Shown: in pieces, positions 1-10,326 of the stretch
How positions within the stretch are numbered: the first letter of the stretch is position 1
Layout: every line of letters starts with the position of its first letter
IMG/VR virus record: IMGVR_UViG_3300009085_000003
Span: 15,570 to 79,569 of that record
Length of the DNA: 64,000 nt
Source of the DNA: a virus
Strand: one strand, 5' to 3'
Program-made: the position numbers and the translations under genes
Notes under the pieces: model-generated
Told to the model about the DNA's origin: nothing
What the model saw: the letters and a program-made list of their open reading frames with translations, nothing else
The model's database searches: none

Positions 1-1
1 C

Positions 2-2062
2 GGTGGTATTGGCAATTTTTGCCAATGTAATCGCCGAGTCCGCAATTGAGGCGGTAAGCGCCCCGGTCGCCAATGTCAAACCTACTCCGCCGGTACCAGT
101 AACAGTAAGAGCCTGTGGCACGCCATCAGTTCCAGCTGCCCGACCGATGATTCTCTGGTCGGTCAGGTTTGCCATCTTCGCAAGCGTAATAGAGCCATCT
201 GCCACAGTCGCCGAGACCGTGAGCCATGTACCCACGCCGCTCAAAAACTTAGCAGCATCGTTCGGCAAAATCGGACACAGCCCATGGGCAGTGATACTGA
301 CATTGAGGTCAGTATTATTGTCCGGTGTTCCGAGGTCATCCAACTTAAGCGCCGTTTTATTGGTAGCGTTTGTTAAGTCTCGGTCAGTGGCATGATAATG
401 CAGGGCGGAATCCCCGCCATCCGTTAAGTCGGTGTGCTGGGTAACTGTGAGGTGGTAATATGAGCCTGCGGAGCCGCCCTGTAAACTAGCCAGTGAGTTG
501 TGGTCTATACTGCCGCCAGTTCCTACAACGGAGGTCAGAGAGATGTTGAGTTGTACTGGGATGCGAGTGAGGCGGCACTTACCCTTGGTGCCAAGAGCTG
601 CGTTCGTGCCCCATGTAAATTGGTATGCAGCAACACACTCAGCAATAGGAAATCCGGTAAAGTCAAACGTATTAATGTCCTCGGCATAGGCTGCGTTCGC
701 GTTGGCAAACTCGCCACGCCCGTGGATAATGACAAACCGGGCAGCACCCGTCAGGTTGGTGAACAACAGATAGGTGTTATAGTAATCGCCGTTTTGCCCC
801 TCGGTCATAGCTCCGGCATTATCATACTGGATATATCCGGCGGCAGTATAACGGAACGGGACTGCCGAATATTCCCACGTCCATGACCCACCAGAGCGGT
901 AGAAAATCACATAGTCGCTTCCGGCACCGCTGGGGTCAGCCAGAGCCGCAAGCGTATGGAACAAGTCCTCGTCAGCAATCTCAGCCTCAGTAAGACTAAA
1001 CGTATTGTCATCATCGGTCGACCCACCGACCGTATAGTCACCGGGCTCTCCGCCAGACACGTGCATGGTACCCTCGGTGTAGTGATGGATACGATGCCAC
1101 CGCCTGTCTACGAGAACGGTATGTCGCTCATCCATCAGCCAGTATTTTGGCGTATTGCTCGCGTTCCAAATGATGATAGCCACCGGCACCTTGGTATCGT
1201 TCAGCGTCCACGAACTTGTGGACGAGCTTAGCGTGCCATCTACAGCATCTATATAAATGAAGTAAGTCCCAGCGGCAGGCGGCGCCCCCAGCGAAACAGT
1301 CTTGTTTCCAGCAATGGTGTACTTGACACCGGCGCGATAATAAGACCAACTGGCGCCCACTGATGTGAGAGTGAACAGATAGGTACCATCGTTGTAAGAT
1401 AGGCTTGTCTCAACGTTATTATCAAGGAACCCAAAACGATACACGTCGTTTGAGAACGACGAGAGCGCAAAGTCAGATGCATGGAACCCATCCAACAGGT
1501 CAGCATTGAGATTCGGGTTCATGGTAATACTTGTGACCAATATGGGCACCGTTCCAGTTGGAACCAGAGACTGCAACGCCCCGTTCGAGTAAAGTCCACC
1601 GGTTGTGTTCGTAGCGGGGGCGGCAGCTCCCAGTGCACCGTCCGCAGTATCGTCAGTGTATGTGGTAGTGGTATTATCATTAATGGTGGTGACCAGCAAA
1701 TAGTTACCGGCTCCGCCAACCACGGTACGATAAATCTTACGCCCAGTAACGGTAGGAGCCCCCACTGGGATATCCGTCAAAGTGATTTTATTATTACCGC
1801 CAGTAGTAACCGAACCAATCTCCCCGGCAGTGGTCTCTCCACCCAGCAAATCGGTGAAAGTTACCACATAGTTATAAAGCCCAGTTCCGGGATTGCCCGC
1901 GACGCCTGAGTCGGTCGCCGTCAATGCATACCGGGGCGGTACCAATGGGCGTATTTTCTGGGTGCCATGGGATAGAGGAGCGGTCATTCCAGCCGACAAA
2001 ATATTGAGCTTGCGTTGCAGTTCATATATCTTAGCGGCTAAAATTGAGGTTTCGCTTATCAT
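2..2062 (-). CDS. Tail fibre / receptor-binding protein, 3'-truncated (>=687 aa; absent from the ORF track because it has no stop in the window)
   Basis: Hand translation from ATG 2062 (TGATG overlap): MISETSILAAKIYELQRKL... stays open to the edge. Contains the fibre motif NLNADLLDGFHASDF and repeats VADGSITLAKMAN / IADSAITLAKIAN. Confidence 0.85.
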   Translation of the reverse strand, partial: MISETSILAAKIYELQRKLNILSAGMTAPLSHGTQKIRPLVPPRYALTATDSGVAGNPGTGLYNYVVTFTDLLGGETTAGEIGSVTTGGNNKITLTDIPVGAPTVTGRKIYRTVVGGAGNYLLVTTINDNTTTTYTDDTADGALGAAAPATNTTGGLYSNGALQSLVPTGTVPILVTSITMNPNLNADLLDGFHASDFALSSFSNDVYRFGFLDNNVETSLSYNDGTYLFTLTSVGASWSYYRAGVKYTIAGNKTVSLGAPPAAGTYFIYIDAVDGTLSSSTSSWTLNDTKVPVAIIIWNASNTPKYWLMDERHTVLVDRRWHRIHHYTEGTMHVSGGEPGDYTVGGSTDDDNTFSLTEAEIADEDLFHTLAALADPSGAGSDYVIFYRSGGSWTWEYSAVPFRYTAAGYIQYDNAGAMTEGQNGDYYNTYLLFTNLTGAARFVIIHGRGEFANANAAYAEDINTFDFTGFPIAECVAAYQFTWGTNAALGTKGKCRLTRIPVQLNISLTSVVGTGGSIDHNSLASLQGGSAGSYYHLTVTQHTDLTDGGDSALHYHATDRDLTNATNKTALKLDDLGTPDNNTDLNVSITAHGLCPILPNDAAKFLSGVGTWLTVSATVADGSITLAKMANLTDQRIIGRAAGTDGVPQALTVTGTGGVGLTLATGALTASIADSAITLAKIANTT

Positions 2063-3504
2063 CACAAATACTCCTGCGATACTGCGGTCAGCTCGATTGA
2101 TTCTCTGCCGCCCTCATATGTAATATGGACACCGCTGACGTGGCAATCGTATACCTTGCCTTTGTATCCAACTGTAATGATATCCCCATAATTGAAATCA
2201 ATTCCATATCGAGCGTTCGGGCTGTCGACGATTTTCGCCTGAAACGTGATGCGCGGGCGATAGCGTCTGAGATTATCATTCGCTGCGTTCTGGAGGTTCG
2301 TGATGTCTCCAACGCCACCCACATTCAGATAAGCCTCCTTGCGACCAAAGATGCTCATGTTAGACAGCTCCTCGTCCTCTGCCTCGGTCAGCATCTTTAC
2401 ATCCGCCTCCCCCTCTCCGCTGACATAGACCACAGTAGCCATATCAGCATAGTTGTATAGCAATGTCGGCTCGAACACATTTCCAAAGGTGTCGGCAATC
2501 TTGAGATTGGCGCCGCTAGTCTTGCCCCGGTCTACACCGCGTTGATTGACATAAGTCATAAACTTAAAGGTTTTTTCAGTTGGGTTAATCACGTCAAAGG
2601 CTAGGTAACAACGTTTCGTCGGGTCAGTGGGTAGGAACTGGCTGTTGGCTGCTGACGCAACCTGATTCAGCGCCTCGACCACATTCAGGTATGCGAGCTT
2701 CATGTCAACATACGCTAGGCTGGCAGAGATATCTGCATCGACCGACAATGGGTTGAACCGCTTGTAGTTCGAGATAAGGTTCCGTTTCAGGAATCCCACC
2801 ATCACATGATGCACGGTGGTGGCGGCAATCGTTGCTGTCACGGTAATGGTACCGCCCAACCCAGAGCCGCCATCAGCTACAATCGCCTTGGCTCCAATAG
2901 TGGTGTAATCCGCAGTGTGTGCCACCAGCGATGCGTGTTCGCTGTCTTTATAGATACTGATAGAGTAGTTCGGGTCTGAATAGTTAATGACGATGTACAG
3001 CATTCCGCTGTCTGTGTTCGTATCGTCCACGCCCGTAATATTTTCGTACCCATCCAGCTGGTTATAGTCATCATGACTTTCCGATATACCAAACTGCTGT
3101 CGGACAATCGATTTCATGACGTCATCAGCATATCCGTATTTTAGAGACCGGTCACTCTCGTCATTCGAGTTAACGATATGCGTGGACAGAATATAATTAT
3201 TATCATAGCAAGCCAGCCGGATACTTTGTTTCAGGGCGGAGTCAGTCGAAAACGCGGGCGCCTCAATAAACCACTGCGTAGCACCCTCAATATATCCGGG
3301 ATACCCATCTACCGTTCGTATCAGCAAGATACGATAGTCTCGTTTTATCAAAGACGGGTCAAACACTGGTGGCAGCACGGCTTCCAGACTACCGACTTGA
3401 TTCTCTGCACGCGAAAACTCCAGCCGCGATAGGTCATTCAGAGACACGTCGGTAATCCGGTTGCCGAAAGAATCGAGAAATCTGAGCCTGTAATTAACTG
3501 CCAC
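2062..3504 (-). CDS. Siphovirus minor tail protein (ReqiPepy6 Gp37-like hub protein)
   Basis: Position after the distal tail gene; N-terminal LEFSRAENQVGSLE and C-terminal YGIDFNYGDIITV pattern. Confidence 0.7.
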   Translation of the reverse strand: MAVNYRLRFLDSFGNRITDVSLNDLSRLEFSRAENQVGSLEAVLPPVFDPSLIKRDYRILLIRTVDGYPGYIEGATQWFIEAPAFSTDSALKQSIRLACYDNNYILSTHIVNSNDESDRSLKYGYADDVMKSIVRQQFGISESHDDYNQLDGYENITGVDDTNTDSGMLYIVINYSDPNYSISIYKDSEHASLVAHTADYTTIGAKAIVADGGSGLGGTITVTATIAATTVHHVMVGFLKRNLISNYKRFNPLSVDADISASLAYVDMKLAYLNVVEALNQVASAANSQFLPTDPTKRCYLAFDVINPTEKTFKFMTYVNQRGVDRGKTSGANLKIADTFGNVFEPTLLYNYADMATVVYVSGEGEADVKMLTEAEDEELSNMSIFGRKEAYLNVGGVGDITNLQNAANDNLRRYRPRITFQAKIVDSPNARYGIDFNYGDIITVGYKGKVYDCHVSGVHITYEGGRESIELTAVSQEYL

Positions 3505-3519
3505 TCATATCACCTAGCC

Positions 3520-6411
3520 TCAATCAATGGATGTGTACCCATTTTGCCATTGTAGGTAAATCTTGCTTCTGAGATACCCGTAATGAACTTCAATGTCATC
3601 GTCTCCGCCAGATATCACATCCGCATCAAAAACAACAGAGGCTGCAATGCCTGAGGCATTATCTTCTATCAGGGCTTGGAGGATTTGCCCACCACCCGAG
3701 ACGTCAATAGAGGCAGTATGCGCCACTAAGTCACCAGCTCCACGAGCTGCATCCTTATACATCTCGATATGGTACAAATCGCCACCATCATCCACGAGAG
3801 TAACATACATAATCCCGTTATTCGTGTTCACCGTTGTGATACTGCCCGCTAAATCATAGGCGTAAGACCAGCTATATAGCAGGGCGCCGTTGTCATCCCC
3901 GTAGGAAATCATATACGGGTGGTGAATCACTGAAATGCGGTTCTCCCCGGTCTCAAAGCCAAAGTCCATGTCGGAGACGGGGTTGATGTAGGCAAGCAGG
4001 TCACGGGACTGAGATTGGAACGTCACCGTATTGGTCACGCGGTCGATAGTCAGCGTGGCGACCTCATTAAGGGCTATCGACAATCCATCAAAATAGATTG
4101 CCTTTTTATTCGTGTGGTTAACGATAGCATACACATTGGTACCACCGTATATGACAAATTTGATGGTTGTAGAGTCACCAGACCAATCTACTACGTTGTC
4201 GTAGGTACGCATATAGATGCTACCATTATTGAGGAGGTAGATATTATCATCCGGTGTAATATACACGTAATAGGGCTGCTCGCCCAAAGCCACCGCTGGG
4301 TCATTCCATTGATAATCAAAGTTCCAGTCCGCTGGGTACCAAGCACCGTTTTTATATCTAACCACCAAGCCCGGAATCAACACCCCGTATAGGTAATACT
4401 TTGGGGAATTTTGGTCTACTGTAAAAGTATATGAACCATCGTCCATCACCACTACATAATTGAATGATACGTCGCCTGACACTCGGGTAATCTGTTCTTG
4501 ATTGAGGAGTTTGGAGTATTGGTTGCCATCCCAAACCACTATCCCATCAGCACCATCAATACCACCGCCATCCTCAAAGTAACCCACGACGATTAGTTCC
4601 CCAGCTTTGTTGAAAGCCATACCACCGCCGGATTCCGAGGAGCCAGCGTCCAGTATCCATCCACCCACGGGCTCCCACGTTGAGAGCGTGGAATTCCATT
4701 TGACAAGCCCAGCCAACGAGGTGCCGAAATACATCGAGCCAGACATATACAACGAGCCATCCATAGGCGAGACTGCCAGATGGAACGGGGTATCAACCCA
4801 GTTTATCGTGCCCATTGGTGCCCACACAGTACCATTCCACTGGGCAACCGCGACAGCAGCAACGCCATCCACTTCGGTGAATTGCCCCACTATCACAAGA
4901 TTACCATTCGGCAGCTTCGTAATGGCAGTCACTTCTGTTCCAGCGGTGATGCCAGCGCCCAGCGACATCCAAGTCGTGCCATTGTATCTGGCGATACCGT
5001 TGACCGTCACGCCATCCACCGTTGTAAAACTGCCACCGATATAGATGTCGCCGTTATTATCAAAGTAGATGCTGTCTCGAGACGATGCTGATGCATCAAA
5101 CGAACCAACATCGACCCACGCCCCACCGTCCCAGTATTTCAGGTCGTAAGTGGCGCCATTGTCGACGATGACATAGATATATCCGTTATGGGGATTGCGC
5201 CAGAGCCTGCCCCCACTATCGGTCGGCGGAAATACCCCATCTCCAAACTCCTCCCAGACCCCATTTTCGCGGGCATAAAGATAGTCAGCAGTCTGTAAGT
5301 CAGTTTTATTCGTATATGTGAGCTCTTGGGCGGTGTTTCCCTCTTTGATGATGAGCGGCAGAAACTGTTTATACTGTAAGACGATGCGCTCCTGATAATC
5401 GTTATCGATATTGCCTTCGAGCCCACTGTTATACAGCGCCGGGATGAGAAAATCCTCGCCCATCTCCTCTCCATCATCGTTGAGAGGGCGATACTTAAGC
5501 AGCAGGGGCTGCCGAAATACGGTTCTATCGTGGCGGTGAGCATCTAGCAACTGACCACGGAGCTCATGCAAATCATTAACGCTGCCAGTGCGCGAGAACA
5601 ACGCTCCACCTATAGCGAAATCGCGCACCCCAAAAATCGAGTTTTGATAAAATGCGCCGCCAGTGGCGGAGTCCAGCGCAACATTATAAACCGGTGGCAT
5701 ACCAAGACCAGCCACCATCATTATTACCAATCCAAACTGTAGAAAACTCATCTCTCGACCTCCTGCTCTAGTATCACCACTGCGCCACGATACCGACGCG
5801 TGCGGCGCACCGAGCCATTTGTAGGCTATCTGACCAGCCACGTAACCGGTCTGGTCACCATCGCAGTATGTGGTCGCATACTTTTTCGCTTCCACCTGCA
5901 AACCATCAATGTAGAACGGTTCAACCCCAGATATTGCACTCCTTGTCACATAGATTCTATGGGTAGCGCTGGCAGTCGCAGTATATGTGACGCTGCGCCG
6001 TATCCAGAACCCTCTACCCTTGACAGTCACCTTCTCGCTCTTAAGTACACCGGCGTTATCCGTGACATAGATATAATATGTAACACCGGGCAGACCATAA
6101 AGATACACACTAGATGTGTAGCTGGTGTTAGCAACCAGACTCAGCGCATAATACGCACCAGATTCGGTCATGTTCACCGGAATCGCTTTAAGAGAGAACA
6201 GCCCATACTTTTGCTGTTCGCCACTTTGCGAAATCGTCGCATCCACCGCAGTCCACCCGGTAGTATTGGTCTCGATAGATGGATTCCACACGAGGTTTTC
6301 GGTCAGCTCTGGTATGACAATCAGGAACGAATCCTGTTCTATCGCACGCCCGTTAACAACCGGAGGAACTGAATAATGTAGCCTAGGATTTTTATCAAAC
6401 AAATCTGTCAT
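3520..6411 (-). CDS. Distal tail (Dit-like) protein with carbohydrate-binding module and beta-propeller insert
   Basis: Immediately follows tape measure; NLVWNPSIETNTTGW...FYIDGLQVE (CBM-like); repeats such as IYIGGSFTTVDG..IARYNGTTW. Confidence 0.65.
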   Translation of the reverse strand: MTDLFDKNPRLHYSVPPVVNGRAIEQDSFLIVIPELTENLVWNPSIETNTTGWTAVDATISQSGEQQKYGLFSLKAIPVNMTESGAYYALSLVANTSYTSSVYLYGLPGVTYYIYVTDNAGVLKSEKVTVKGRGFWIRRSVTYTATASATHRIYVTRSAISGVEPFYIDGLQVEAKKYATTYCDGDQTGYVAGQIAYKWLGAPHASVSWRSGDTRAGGREMSFLQFGLVIMMVAGLGMPPVYNVALDSATGGAFYQNSIFGVRDFAIGGALFSRTGSVNDLHELRGQLLDAHRHDRTVFRQPLLLKYRPLNDDGEEMGEDFLIPALYNSGLEGNIDNDYQERIVLQYKQFLPLIIKEGNTAQELTYTNKTDLQTADYLYARENGVWEEFGDGVFPPTDSGGRLWRNPHNGYIYVIVDNGATYDLKYWDGGAWVDVGSFDASASSRDSIYFDNNGDIYIGGSFTTVDGVTVNGIARYNGTTWMSLGAGITAGTEVTAITKLPNGNLVIVGQFTEVDGVAAVAVAQWNGTVWAPMGTINWVDTPFHLAVSPMDGSLYMSGSMYFGTSLAGLVKWNSTLSTWEPVGGWILDAGSSESGGGMAFNKAGELIVVGYFEDGGGIDGADGIVVWDGNQYSKLLNQEQITRVSGDVSFNYVVVMDDGSYTFTVDQNSPKYYLYGVLIPGLVVRYKNGAWYPADWNFDYQWNDPAVALGEQPYYVYITPDDNIYLLNNGSIYMRTYDNVVDWSGDSTTIKFVIYGGTNVYAIVNHTNKKAIYFDGLSIALNEVATLTIDRVTNTVTFQSQSRDLLAYINPVSDMDFGFETGENRISVIHHPYMISYGDDNGALLYSWSYAYDLAGSITTVNTNNGIMYVTLVDDGGDLYHIEMYKDAARGAGDLVAHTASIDVSGGGQILQALIEDNASGIAASVVFDADVISGGDDDIEVHYGYLRSKIYLQWQNGYTSID

Positions 6412-9400
6412 TGCGCTGAACCTCCAACCAAATGCATCAACTGGAAATTGCGTATCACTGCCGGGGCAGACTCTTGCGTCGTGACGCCCAGATTATAGGC
6501 GTTATGATTGTTAATCACCGTCGAGCGACCCAGCACTGGGGCTATCGAGCTTGCATACGGCTCGACCGTGCCAGTGTTTCGACCGACACTATTCATGGAC
6601 GGAGCATTAGCGCCGCCGCCACCTATCAAGTCCCATACCCAGTCTGGAATCAGGCTTTGCAGGTACGCAAGGATTTTCCAGCCGATAGAGCGCAGCCCGT
6701 CTAGTATACCTTGAATAATGGCGATGCCCGCATCGCGCAAATCGACATAGATGCCAGATATCCAGTCCATAATATCTTGGATATACTCCGTAACGTTGGT
6801 GTATATCTCCAGCGCCTTTGTGGTGACCGCAGTCACCATATTTGACCACGCCTCGGAAAGATTAGTTTTGATTTCTTCCCATTTGTTCACCAACCAGTCC
6901 TTGACCTCTTGAATTTTCGCCGCGATTCTATCCTTGATTTCTTGCACCTTGGCAGCTATAGCAGTTTTTATCAATTCCCAGATAGCCGAGGCATTCTGGC
7001 GCATTTCATCCCACTTGCTTTTGACATAGGCGACAATGGCTGGGATGCCCACTGTAAATATTGCCTTCCACGCAGCGACCATCCGCTTAATTCCATCGCT
7101 AATCTTTGCCCCGTAAACCTCCCAAGCTAATTTCAGCATAATGATATACTGCATGACCAGCATGATTCCCTCAAACACACCTTTCACCAACAAACCTATT
7201 GTGACTAGGATGCCACCAATAGATTTGCCGACGGCTTTCCCTAGTGACTTCCAGATGGACTCACCAAAGGCTTTTTTCCAATCGTCGAGCACAGGCTTAA
7301 TCCGTTTGTTGTAGTAACGCTGTATTGCCATCGAAAGCGTGTTAAACTCGCGTATCAATGGCTTGAACATAGGTACAATTTCGTTGTTCCACTTATCCTT
7401 GAACGGCTGAAACATCTCATCGAGCTTTGCTTTAACATTCTCTTTGATGGCATCCAAAGCTGTGGTGACATTCAACTTGCTCATGTCTATTCCGCCCAGC
7501 GCGTCCGCCGCAGCCTGAGCCGCAGCTGCCGCAGCAGCGCCAGCTTTAGCCTCTGCTTCCGCAGCTCGAGCAGCGGCGTTCCGAGCGTTGGCGATTTCCA
7601 ACTGCTCCTCAAGTGCCTGCTGCATCAAAGACACCTGCTCCATCAGGGGCTCCACGACCTCTACTTGGTCATCATATTGCTCCTGCGCGGCGTCGGCGTT
7701 ATCTTCTGCCAGCCGGTAAGCATCCTGCGCTGCCTGTAACTCGGCACGCTTGGCAGCCAACACTGCTGGGTCGGCTCCGGCTTCAACGAGAGCGGTGTAC
7801 TCATCAGATAATTTCTGGACATTCTCTCCGGCATCCTTTTGGGCTTTGTTAGCGTCCTTGAGGATTTCCTGATACTCCTCGAGCATCTTGGTTGCATCGC
7901 CCAAAGCTATTTGCTGCTCGACAAGCTCTGCCAGTTCGTCGCCATAGTCACCCGCTGCGCCGCGTATCCGTTCCAGTAGCTCGTCCAGCCCAGTCCCAGT
8001 AGCAATGACCTCTGTAATCTGTTCAGATAGGTCAGCAAACAGAGTTTCGGCAGCTCCTCGCTCACCACCCACTCCACCAAAGGCGGTCATCAGGGCAGCC
8101 CGCAAGGGGCTCTGAATAGCATTCAAGATGCTGAACTGAGCTTGCGTGAATCCGTTAAGATATTCATTCATCGCCGCCGCACCCCAGACATCAATCTCGG
8201 GGGCAACTTTAGGGGGCGAGCCGGGGGACAACCATCCGCCCAGCATACTACTGATAAGGCTCATGGCGCCGCCAATACTGGAGAGAGCGCCCTCAATCAA
8301 GCCAAGGGCAAACTCGGCTATGGTATTAAAACCCCATGTGCCAGCCTTGGTGATAAAACCGATAAATTGACTCGCTGCATCATTGAGCATATCAATGATA
8401 GGCATGACAGCCGACCCAGATGCATCGCGTATTTGTTCCATGAACCACTCAGCCGCACCGCCAGCTAAACCCAGCACCTGCTGTAGATTATCAACCGCGG
8501 TCGTCACAGTGTTGATTTGAGTCGCGTCCAAGTCCTTGCCTAGAGCCTTACCGATATACTCGATAGCCTTTTGCGCGTCTCCCGACAACAGGGCGGCAAA
8601 AGCAGAGGCGAACCGGTAAACACCCTGCATAGCTGCATCGAAGGCGCCCGTGAATGGAGCACCAATAGCCAGTTGTATATCGTTGAGCACGCGCGGCATG
8701 GAGCCCATGATTTTATAGCCACTGGTCATCGCTAAGTCGTATGCCCCGGCAATCTTAGCGCCTTCGGCAATCACCGCGTTAAGCATAGCCTGTTGTTTTT
8801 CAACTGGGGTCAATTGCCCAGCCGTTTTGTTCAACGTTTTGGCGTAGGTATTGAACGCCTCATCAGCACTAACCATGATTCCATACGTGCGCAAAATCAT
8901 GGTGTTGTAGGTCATCACGCCATACTTTAAGCCCTCGAGGGTATCAGTAGAGTTACGACCAGCAACCACCGCTGCGTCCTTGGCAACATTCGCAAGCGCT
9001 TCGGCATCCGCCATATCCATGGAGGCGCGTGCCATCTCGGTGATAAGCTCAGCAGCTGTTGCCGCTTCGATACCAGAGTCACGGATTCTCTTGATGAACT
9101 CATCAACCTGCTGGGTTGTGTAGTTTTGCTTTTGCCCCATCATATAAGCCACAGTCGTGATTTCCTCAAAGCGGCTTGCTGCCTGAATAGCCTCTTTTTC
9201 AAACGCAACGAATTGCTGAACGGTGTGTTGTACCCAGTTCGCTAGATTGATGAAAGATTCAGATAGCAGATTTCCACCCGCGACAGCCAGCATCATGGCT
9301 GGATTCACGGCGCCCGTGAGCACCCCGGTCAACTTACCAAAAGCAGACATTCCCATCCCGGCTTGGGATGGGATTGACTGTAGTTGTCCGCCCAAATTTT

Positions 9401-9515
9401 TGAGCATATCAGAGAACCCACCCGTAGACTGGCGTGCCGCATCGATGCCTTTGCGAAAGGCAGCCTCATTCTCGACTATTAATCGCACGCCAGTTGGTAC
9501 TAGGTTATCACCCAT
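6408..9515 (-). CDS. Tape measure protein
   Basis: 1035 aa, Ala-rich helical, central coiled coil, C-terminal periodic Trp repeats; follows the tail chaperone. Confidence 0.92.
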   Translation of the reverse strand: MGDNLVPTGVRLIVENEAAFRKGIDAARQSTGGFSDMLKNLGGQLQSIPSQAGMGMSAFGKLTGVLTGAVNPAMMLAVAGGNLLSESFINLANWVQHTVQQFVAFEKEAIQAASRFEEITTVAYMMGQKQNYTTQQVDEFIKRIRDSGIEAATAAELITEMARASMDMADAEALANVAKDAAVVAGRNSTDTLEGLKYGVMTYNTMILRTYGIMVSADEAFNTYAKTLNKTAGQLTPVEKQQAMLNAVIAEGAKIAGAYDLAMTSGYKIMGSMPRVLNDIQLAIGAPFTGAFDAAMQGVYRFASAFAALLSGDAQKAIEYIGKALGKDLDATQINTVTTAVDNLQQVLGLAGGAAEWFMEQIRDASGSAVMPIIDMLNDAASQFIGFITKAGTWGFNTIAEFALGLIEGALSSIGGAMSLISSMLGGWLSPGSPPKVAPEIDVWGAAAMNEYLNGFTQAQFSILNAIQSPLRAALMTAFGGVGGERGAAETLFADLSEQITEVIATGTGLDELLERIRGAAGDYGDELAELVEQQIALGDATKMLEEYQEILKDANKAQKDAGENVQKLSDEYTALVEAGADPAVLAAKRAELQAAQDAYRLAEDNADAAQEQYDDQVEVVEPLMEQVSLMQQALEEQLEIANARNAAARAAEAEAKAGAAAAAAAQAAADALGGIDMSKLNVTTALDAIKENVKAKLDEMFQPFKDKWNNEIVPMFKPLIREFNTLSMAIQRYYNKRIKPVLDDWKKAFGESIWKSLGKAVGKSIGGILVTIGLLVKGVFEGIMLVMQYIIMLKLAWEVYGAKISDGIKRMVAAWKAIFTVGIPAIVAYVKSKWDEMRQNASAIWELIKTAIAAKVQEIKDRIAAKIQEVKDWLVNKWEEIKTNLSEAWSNMVTAVTTKALEIYTNVTEYIQDIMDWISGIYVDLRDAGIAIIQGILDGLRSIGWKILAYLQSLIPDWVWDLIGGGGANAPSMNSVGRNTGTVEPYASSIAPVLGRSTVINNHNAYNLGVTTQESAPAVIRNFQLMHLVGGSAQ

Positions 9516-9767
9516 TTAGTGTTTTCCTTTGCCCGACTTGGGCTTTTTGGGCTGGTTCTCTTTTTGTAACAGCGCCTCCATAGCGCTAGTGTCTCGGTAA
9601 GCGGCAATCACAAACGATTGCTCATCTCCATCCATCTCGCAAAACCTGTCCCATGGTATATGCGCCCAGCGAGCCGCATTAATCCACTCAAGATATGGTG
9701 CGTGTCGAAATCCAGACTTGGGGATACTGTAGCTACTGAGCGGGCGTCCCCTGTATAGTGTCTGGAA
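9516..9767 (-). CDS. Frameshift extension of tail assembly chaperone (gpT-like part, no own start)
   Basis: The +1 frame is open from TTC 9767 to TAA 9516-9518, abutting the tape measure ATG: FQTLYRGRPL...WINAARWAHIPWDRFCEMDGDEQSFVIAAY... Confidence 0.7.
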   Translation of the reverse strand, partial: FQTLYRGRPLSSYSIPKSGFRHAPYLEWINAARWAHIPWDRFCEMDGDEQSFVIAAYRDTSAMEALLQKENQPKKPKSGKGKH

Positions 9768-10248
9768 ATAATTCAGCGGCTTGCTTCACCGCCATTTCCG
9801 TAGGCTGAGACCTACGCATAATAGTTTCGATAAGCTCGTTCATATCGTCCGGTGACCCGATTGCGACATACGAGATGAACGCAACCAAATCGTTCTTTTC
9901 GAGTTCACCCATTTTGTTTTCAGCCCAGTAGTCGCGTATCTCTTTCAGGCGCTGTTTGTCATCGTCGGTCAAGGTGTACACGACACCAAACTGAATCATG
10001 GCGCGGCGGACACGCAGCTCCAGCTCAGTATCGTAGGCTTTCATTGCCTTGAGATGACTGGGGTGAGCGGCATTCGGCTCGAGCTTCTTTTTTCCGTCCC
10101 CGTAATCAACTTCTTGCATAGGCGGCTCGGGCGGCGGAAAGCCACGTTGGACTTCCATCACCAAAAGCGGGGAAACTTTGCGGATTTGAACTTGATAGCC
10201 GCCATCTTTGAAAGTGAACGGGGTTAGTTCGTTCGGTTTGAGACTCAT
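9733..10248 (-). CDS. Tail assembly chaperone (gpG-like)
   Basis: Lies between major tail and tape measure; GAGGAG RBS before ATG 10248. Confidence 0.75.
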   Translation of the reverse strand: MSLKPNELTPFTFKDGGYQVQIRKVSPLLVMEVQRGFPPPEPPMQEVDYGDGKKKLEPNAAHPSHLKAMKAYDTELELRVRRAMIQFGVVYTLTDDDKQRLKEIRDYWAENKMGELEKNDLVAFISYVAIGSPDDMNELIETIMRRSQPTEMAVKQAAELFPDTIQGTPAQ

Positions 10249-10277
10249 ATTATCAATACTCCTCACACATAGATTAG

Positions 10278-10315
10278 ACCGTGTGGGTATATCCGCTAGG
10301 ACACACCCACACGGT
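10278..10315 (-). other. Stem-loop after major tail gene (stability element or terminator without U-tract)
   Basis: 11-bp inverted repeat ACCGTGTGGGT...ACCCACACGGT. Confidence 0.5.
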
Positions 10316-10326
10316 AGGTCAACATT

